Positions 54,497-64,000 of a stretch of 64,000 nucleotides of DNA are shown here, piece by piece; position 1 is the first letter of the stretch; each line of letters begins with the position of its first letter. Location of the stretch: assembly GCA_951406725.2 (NCBI GenBank), contig OX597833.1, forward strand, positions 23,436,001-23,500,000, in the 5' to 3' direction. The notes under the pieces were generated by a model. The model had not been told where the DNA came from and did no database searches. It saw only the letters and a program-made list of their open reading frames with translations. The stretch is from Octopus vulgaris (Eukaryota). The position numbers were made by a program, and so were the translations under genes.

Positions 54497-54850
54497 TACT
54501 GGGCTGCCCCAGTGAGATCCTCTATGCTGATCATCTTACAGCTGAATCAATACCAGCAAGAGAAAAGAAATTTCAGGTGTGTAAGCAGGGTCTGCAATTA
54601 GTGGGCCTTAAATTTAATTTAACAGAGACCAAAGTCTTAGTAAGTTAGTAAGCAGACAAATCTTACAGGGAAATGGCCCTGCTTGAAATATGGAAAGGGA
54701 ATATGCAGAAACTCCATAAGGTGTAGCCAGTGCAAGTTATGGATACATAAGATGTGCAGCAATATTAGAGGAACGTCAACACGAAAAATAGTAGATATAC
54801 ATGTGCAATAAATACAAGGAAATAGATACTGTCAAATGTGGAGTAGAGAG
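54497..54850 (+). mobile_element. Degraded RTE RT fragment
   Basis: Homologous to the LLYADD to PHD-like region of the main LINE family. Confidence 0.75.
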
Positions 54851-56705
54851 CGAGTGCTAACTTATAAATAATTGGTAGAATGTAACAAGGGAGCAAAAGA
54901 CTTGCCTCAGTGGGGTTTTGTCTCTGAAGACCTTCTGCTGTTCAGTTCTGTTGAGAATTTCCAACAATTGTTACATTTTAACATTTTCTCAGTGACTAGG
55001 AAATATATTTTCCATACATTCACTCTCACATGGTTACCATCTACGAAATGGCTCCACCACATATTCACTAGATAACCACCATCATTAGCATTTAAGGAAC
55101 AAACTTATCCATTTGTTTATCTCTCATCACTGCACCTTAGCATATTAAAAATGTCATCAAATTATATAACTTGGAAACAAACATTTATTGTAGATTAGTT
55201 TGGAGAAATGTGTAACTTTTATCATACATTGATCAAGTGTGAATTCTATGCTGTATCATCAATTGTATAGGCTCATAAGGGACATGTTTGGATAGGGTTG
55301 CCAGATTAGAAAACTATATATACAGGACACTTTTAAAATCTCTTTCTATATATAAATTTATACATACCTACACACGCAATATATCATATAAAAGCAGAGA
55401 GATAAGTTAAAAACATAATGCAATTATTCTAATGGGTTATGAGGTCAAAATTATTTAATACAAGCTAAAAAAATTCGTGCAGCAATATTTAAAACTTTCA
55501 CTGTCAAGTAGCCAGGTTCATTGGCTTTTATTAAAGAAATGTGTTATATCTTACCTCGTATCATAAATAAATCCAGTTTAATGTTGATTAACGTTAATCA
55601 CCCGAAGGAGTGGATTTCGCAGGAAATATAAGTTAAGGACACTTCAGAAAAGCGACACGGAATCTCAACGAAACGAACTAAATATTCGACCGTTGTAAAA
55701 CCTATATTATTCCACAATTGTCTGATGCTAAAACTCAAGTGGTAAGTTTTATGATTTTTATTGCTATAATTACTTTCTGAAAATGTGAATTGTAATAAAA
55801 AAAACCAATCCGAATGATGACAAAAGATAGAAAACAAGAAACTGACTGCTTCTTTTCATGTCTGTTGCTTCTTTAACGCTATCCTGTTACCGAACCCCCA
55901 AAGCATCAGGTATGGAAAGAAACCAACAAAACTTGTCAGACAGTGATGATGGAGCGAGGTGGGATGGAGACGCGTGTGTGTTTCTCCCATAAATGTTCGA
56001 AAACCATTGTTAGTTTGTTTACATTCCTGCACCGAAAGACTCCAACATTATAACTACCAAATGAAAAATAAGTTCTGGTGTTCCATTCCTGAACGGAACC
56101 TACGAGCTGATACTTCGGCGTGGTTGCAGTTTAATTAGAAGTGATACGAACATGTTTGTCTGTACTTTAGAATGTGCGTGTACATTTATCTATGTACATG
56201 CACGTCCAACCATCCATCCATTCATCTTTCCTTCCTGCTTTCTCCTTCCCTCCCTCATATTCCTCATCAATACATGTCAACTTTGCTATTGTTTCCACAG
56301 CTGGATGCCCTTCCTAGCGCTAACAACTTCGCAGTGTGCACTGGGTGCTTGTTTCTTACTACCAGCATTAGTGAGGGGTTGACAAGTAACTTGTAAGATA
56401 TGAAAAAAAAGACAAAAAAAGCAGTTCACTTCGCTAAGTGGGAGGAAAGAGTTTAATAAAAGGCCTGGGATGTGATTTTGCACCAAGGAAGAAATGTTTT
56501 GCTATAGGGAAGATACACAGTTAACATACTTTTACCTAAGAGTGGGTGGGAGTATCTGGGATGAAAATAAGATGTTGGTGACAAGATGCAAGGAAAAATC
56601 CCACACAAAGTAAGAGATTATGTATGGAAGGTGTCAAGAGGTTGGGGATGGAGTTATATGTGTGTGTGGGTGTCATCAGAAGTATGTCTCACTTCTAGCT
56701 ATTGA

Positions 56706-56744
<39 letters not shown>

Positions 56745-57513
56745 TTGTGTGTGTGTGTAAACATTGGGCACTAATTTATTAAAGTTATTAAGTTGATGTC
56801 CAGTCATAGGGTGACCAAATGTTTTGCATCTACAAATGCTTTGTGAATGCAGAGCCATTGATCACTCTATATTCTGACATTAAATTGATTACTTTTATAT
56901 GTATGTATATGTATATATATATAAGAATTTTTTGCGTAATGAGATAAAAAAAAACCATAGTGTATAAATTCTGTACTTGGAATGACCACTTTTAAATACT
57001 GTTGAATCTTACTCATAAGGTATTGGAATCTTACATTGTGTATAAACTTTATACTTGGAATAAACAATTTTAAATACTGCTGGATTTTTCTCAGAAAGTA
57101 TTGGAATCTTACATATCTACCATTCTGCCTAAAAAATGGATCTACAAATTCAATGCCCCTACATATCTCACATCTATTTTCTTTCCTCCACCTCACTCTC
57201 TATTTTGTATCCTATCCAAATTAACTATTAATTAACAATCCTCCCACATCATCTCCAATGAAGGGATATAATTAATAAATATTCTGAAAACAGGTGTAAG
57301 ACCTTCTATCTATAAATGTTCTAATATCTACACAGCCTTCGTTTTTTATCTCATTACGCAAAAAATTCTTATTTACATACACTGACAGATGACCAACGTT
57401 GAACCCCTTATTCCCAAAATCACCGAACCTGGAATTAACTATGGTCAGTCTATGGCACTTATTCAGCATTACCTGACAACTTTGGGTCTCAATGACACCA
57501 TTACCTCTTAGAA

Positions 57514-57556
<43 letters not shown>

Positions 57557-57788
57557 TAGAAGTATTGGGGGTGATGTACCGATTTAATACATATGAAAGA
57601 AAAAAGATGTTCAGAATGCTGGATGGTTGTAAAAATATATATTCATATATATCAACGTGATCACCGTGACCGACCAGGCTATCAGATGTTGCTACACATC
57701 GTTGGTCACAATGCGTTTCGCATTGTTTTAGCCTTCAAATGACGCCACCCCACTGGCTAAGTGAGCAGGCCAACAGAAGAAAGAGTGA

Positions 57789-58505
<717 letters not shown>

Positions 58506-61500
58506 GTAACCGCATCAGTATTAAAATTTATTACAACAGGACAACAATTATGAATATTTTGTCTGCTAAAAGACAGGGTTTATTCCTCTTCAAGCTTGAC
58601 ATTATCAACTTCAGTTTCTTGGATGTCAACATGAAATTCATGAATCACAACTTCAATATCATTTATATATCTAAATATATCAACACAGAGATGACTTTGG
58701 TTTCTGAAGATGATTGTGCTGGATTTTTGAGGAATTTGTTATGAGAGAATAAAGGAATGGGAATAAGGAATAAAAGTTTTAAGTGACATTGATTTTGTCT
58801 TTGTTGTGTTTTCATCATCATCATCATCATCATCCTTTAACATCCATTTTCTTTGCAGGCTTGGGTGGGAAAGTGTGACAGGTGCTGGCAAGCCAGAGTG
58901 CTTCTCCTGGTTCCACTCAGATTTGGCTTGGTTTCTTTGGTTGTATGCCCTTAAGATACGAGGCATATTCTATTAATATTCCTGTTCAAGTATCATAATA
59001 GCATGAAAGTAGTAGTAGCCCTTTCAATTGTGTATTTAATTTGATATATGTATGTATGTGCGTGAACATGATGTCAGTCTGATAACTAAAATAATTGTAT
59101 ACAAATCTTGTATTTTGAGCATATCTTTGTATAGGGCAGAAGCATGGACTCCCTTTTGCAGACAAAAAAACTTGAAACTTTTCACATATGCAGCAAAATG
59201 GCAAGATAAGAACTTGTCAACAAGACCTTCCGGCGGTGTAGCTGTCACTTGTAAACCCATGTGGGTTTATTTACATTTCTGAAGAAAAAAGAAACCCTCC
59301 CCTCACACCAAACCCTAACCCCACAATCTTTTATTCATACGAACGTGACTGATATGAAATGACAAACTAAATGGAGACCGCAGGAAGTTGTTGTTGGCAA
59401 ACAACAGCAGAATTTGTATTCACCTCAATAGACGTCATTGATTGGTTGAAATTGCCAAAATGCAAGAAATTTAACAACAAATAGCTTACAAACTACAGAA
59501 TTTTCTCAAGAAAGCCAAGAGAAAAAGATGTTTTATGTAACACATTCTACCAGTATACGAGGTTTAAAAGTGTTTATTTACAAAGAAATTATTTTTTACA
59601 TCTGCCGGTCAAAGTGAAAAGGTCCCAGGCTTGTTTTTGAGGCTACAGCTCCCTATAAAAACTCAGCTTTTCTGGTGAAAATTTGAAAACTCTTCAAGAT
59701 GAAGATGTTCCCAGAATGGGACAGTAGAGAATAATGGGACTGTTGGAATATAAAAGAAATACAACCAGATAAAGGGAAATAACTTTTACAACACTCCAAA
59801 CCACTTGGTCCCTGTAAATTATTAATTAAGGTGCTTAATTACTGATCACTGACTCGTTGTTTGTATCTGAATACAGTAAGTTGACAAAGATTTACTTTAA
59901 TGCTGCAAAGGTGATAATACTACTACTACTAATAATAATGTAATAATAGAATTATGTGAACCTCTTGATCGTAAAGTAATTATTTCGAATCGGAAACTTA
60001 ACAAAATTAGGAAAATATATTTGCTCGTCTTAATTAATAATTTCCAAACTGAAATGTTAATCTGTTGTTTCTGAAAACCTATGATCGACTTTTACATGTG
60101 ATATAAAGGAAATTAACGGGTAAAATGTAAGTAATATGGCATATTTAATTAGTAAAATTAGAGGAAGAATTCCACATTAATTAATGCTGTCCTGTTGTTT
60201 ATGAGGCCTTGATAATAAGATTTACTTTAATGTTGTATTAATAATAGTGATGATGATGATGGTTTCAAATTTTGGCCCAAGGCCAGCAATCTTTGATGCG
60301 AGTGAGGGGAGTAGAATATATGGAACTTAGTATTACCCGAAAGGGATGAAGGCAAAGTCGACCTTGGCTGTATTTAAACTCAGGACTTTCCGCCAAAGTC
60401 GACATTTCACTTCAATTCGTTTCTGAGTCCATAAATAATAATGAAGATAATGATAGGGGCCTGTAATTTGGAGGGGAGACGTAATTCTATTGCTTGAACC
60501 CTAGTTCTTTTTATTGCTTTTTATTTCATTGACCTCGAAAGGATGACAGGCAAAGCGAACCTCAGTGGAATTTGAACTTTCAGAGTAAAGACGGACAAGT
60601 GTTACATGTAATATGGGATCATTTCGGTTTAAACAGCAGTTTTTTTCTCGCTGTGTCATATGAAATTGTCACCTATAATTATGACCCTAGTATCAATCTA
60701 TTGCATTTCAGTCTGTTTGGGGGTTAGGGTTAGTTAGGGGTGGTGGAAGGATATCGTTTTTTCTTCACAAATGTAAATAAACCCAATCTGTTTATATACT
60801 GATAGAATAATAGCAAGCTTAAAAAATAAAAACAGTAAGGCCTGGGATTGATTCATTTGATCAAAAATTGAAGGCGGTGCCCTGGCATGGCTGCAGTCTA
60901 ATAACTGAAAGGAGTAAAAAAAAAGGTAAAAGATCTATGTGTTGTGTTCTTGAGCAAAACATGTCATTTCCCATGCTCCTGTCCATTCAGCTGTAAATAG
61001 TGACAGACGGGTGTTTCATTCAGGGAAAATGCTAAGGGTGGCATCATTGAAAACCTATAACAATGTGAGGAAGCACATTGTGACAACATCTGATAGTCTC
61101 TGGTTGATACACTAGTAGGGATACACACATGCATGTGTATGTACACAGTCATTATCTGTGGCCATGCTGGAGCACTGCCTTTAGTTGAGCAAATCGACCC
61201 CAAGACTTATTCTATCGGTGTCTTTTGCCAAACTGCTGAGTTATGGGGGACGTAAACACACCAGCATCGGTTGTCAAGCGATATTGGGGGGACAAACACA
61301 GACACACAAACACTCACAAGGTTTTGGTCAACTCAAGGCTATAGTAGAAGACATTTGCCCAAGGTGCCACCCAGTGGGACTGAACCTGGAACCATGTGGT
61401 TCGTAAGCAAGCTACTTACCATACAGCCACTCCTACCCCTATATATATATATATGTGTGTGTAAGTATTTTTTAATCTTTTACTTGTTTCAGTCATTTAG

Positions 61501-61897
61501 ACTATTCCCATGCTGGGGTACTGCCTTGAAGAGTTTTTAGTCAAATGATTCAACCCCAGTACGTTTTTTACAGGGATGCAAACAAACCAACAGTGGTTGT
61601 TAAGCTATGTTGGGGGACAAACACAAAGACACAAATATATTCTTCTATTCTTTTACATGTTTTAGCCCTAAGACTGTGGCCATGCTGTGGCATGGCTAAT
61701 GAAAAATATGGAAATCTTTATGAATTTGCATGTCATTCTTGTGCAGGGGCTATGTTGTATCATTCCAAGACAGGCTTTTTTCAGTTTCCATTTACCAAAT
61801 CCACTCACAAGGCTTTGACTGGCCCAAGGCTATTGTAGGAGACACACAGTAGGACTGAAAGTAAGCTTCTTACTACACACCCATGTCTGCACCTAAA

Positions 61898-62810
61898 GTT
61901 ACTGAAAGGGTCATAGCTCAATTAATTAGGGAGAGAGTTAGTGTAGATAGATGAGATGCAGTTCAGAGTTGTGTCAGGCCGAGGCACAATTGACGTCATA
62001 TTCCTGGTTAGGTAACTGCAGGAGAAATATCAAACCAAAAATAAATCCCTGTACCTGGCTTTTGTCAACATGGAGAAAGCCTTTGATAGAGTCCCCTGAT
62101 CCCTTATTTGGTGGTCAATGCGAAAGCTAGGGATAGATGAGTGGTTGGTGAGGGCTGTACAAGCCATGTACAGGGATGTTGTCAGTAAGGTGAAGGTTAG
62201 CAACAAGTATAGCAAGGAATTCAGGGTGCAAGTAGGGGTTCATGAAGGATCAGTCCTCAGCCCCCTCTTATCATAGTTCTCCAGGCAATAACAGAGAAAT
62301 TTAAGACAGGCTGCCCCTGGGAACTCCTCTATGCTGATGACCTTGTTCTATAGCCAAATCAGTTCCAGAACTAGAGAAGCAATTTCAGGTATGGAAGCAA
62401 GGTCTAGAATCAAAGGGCCTTAGAGTTAATCTAGCAAAAAACAAAGTCTTAGTAAGTAGGTGAGCAGATAAGTCACAAATCTCTTAGGTTGATGACCCTG
62501 CTCGACTTATAGAAAAGGTGTAGGTAGTAACTCCATAAGATGTACCCAATGGACACATAAGAAGTGCAGCAATATCAGAGGAAAGTTAACAGGGGAAATA
62601 GTTTTTGTGTATAGAATGTACACAAGTACAATTAACACTAAAAATGTACAGAAAATAGACTCCAGGCTCCATCAAATTCCAGCAGGAAAAAATAATGGTT
62701 GATAGCTTCCATTACCTAGGTGACCAAGTCAGTAGTGGAAGTGGATGCTCTAAGAGCATTGCTGCTAGAATAAGAATAGGCTGGGCAAAGTTCAGTGAGA
62801 TCCTCCTTGA
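61898..62810 (+). mobile_element. Degraded RTE LINE RT fragment
   Basis: Colinear with 38555-39470, with many stops and indels. Confidence 0.9.
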
Positions 62811-64000
62811 CTGTTAGCGTTTCAGAGTATATATTTCTCGCTATGGTGTTTATGTAGCTGGAGTCAGGATTTATGTATAATGATAACACTTATAAGTAAG
62901 CTATAAGTGACGTATTTATCAATATATATTCCTACTTCAAAAATAAAATATATTTATCTATTTCCAAATAGGAAACATATAAAAGTAGTGTTACACAAAC
63001 AGTAACAAAACGCCACTATAAAAAGTGGTGACCTCCTGATGTGATCTCATAGATAAACCACCACATCATAAAAGTAGAGACACTTGTGAAAAATATATAA
63101 AATTTTCAATAGAAAATAGATGACAGTTTCATTACACAAAATTTGATTAACAGAAATATTTGATATTAAAAGTTGAAGGAAAAAGTACATGAAGAAAGAG
63201 AAAATAATTACTACATTACTTTATTTATGTACATTTAACATTTATAGTACAGTTGGAAAGTAAAGTCATTTTGTTGTAGAGAATTACAACTTAAAAGTCA
63301 CACTAGCTAATCCTTCATACTAACTACTAGAGTTCACAACAATTCAGATAAGTCTTGTTGGATTTTTATCATAGACATGGCATAAAAAATAGCCAATATC
63401 TCAATGAGTGAGTGTCGTGGAGTTTAGTAACATCCTATGAACACTGATTAATTTCCCCCAAATCAGTTTTTTTATAACTGCTCATACCTGAATTCTAAGA
63501 ACCATATTTTGTGAAAGAATTCTCTTTGACGAAAGTTTAGAATTCAAACATGGACAATAATTTTAACCAATGGGATTACCAACAATTATGCTTGTTCGGG
63601 CAAACGACCATTAAGTCATATTGCCACATTTTATGACTTGCTACAAAGTAAAATATTAGAAAGTAAAAAAGGTATACATACATACACATACACACATGCA
63701 TGTGCACACACACACATACATGCACACACACACATATGTATATTGCCTTCCCAGAAGGCAACCAGGCCCCATTTTCCTGCATGACAAGTGGGGGGGGGGC
63801 ACTCCCCACTATACGCACATATGTATATATAGATATATAAGTGTGTATACATACATATAACAACCTGGGAAGAACTGGAACCAGACTCCACCTGCTGAAA
63901 GAGCATTTTGTTTACAAAAATTACACAACAGATCAAGATATGAACTTAACAACAGACAACTTGGTTAGACTGACATGTTACCAAAGCTTCTCTTAACTTT

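Overview
AT-rich, repeat-dense animal genomic DNA, very probably from an octopus (coleoid cephalopod). This is inferred from the tRNA-derived SINE families, RTE LINEs with (GAT)n tails, abundant microsatellites and an expanded C2H2 zinc-finger cluster. The left part (~1.5-18 kb, minus strand) holds a multi-exon gene that I read as the kinetochore scaffold KNL1/Spc105: TxxF-MDLT motifs, a Spc7-like segment, a coiled coil, and phase-consistent GT-AG exons. As assembled it has two frameshifts, and one exon lies on the opposite strand between 158-bp inverted repeats. The middle (~18-34 kb) is SINE/LINE/microsatellite-rich. It includes a 5S rRNA-SINE chimera, degenerate hammerhead-like motifs and a 198-bp satellite made from LINE RT sequence. 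The right part (~34-58.5 kb) is a tandem C2H2-ZNF cluster: two intact ORFs, three disrupted copies and one single-finger remnant, interleaved with a near-full-length RTE LINE, mariner relics and a MITE. Coordinates were read by eye and splice models are unverified predictions.
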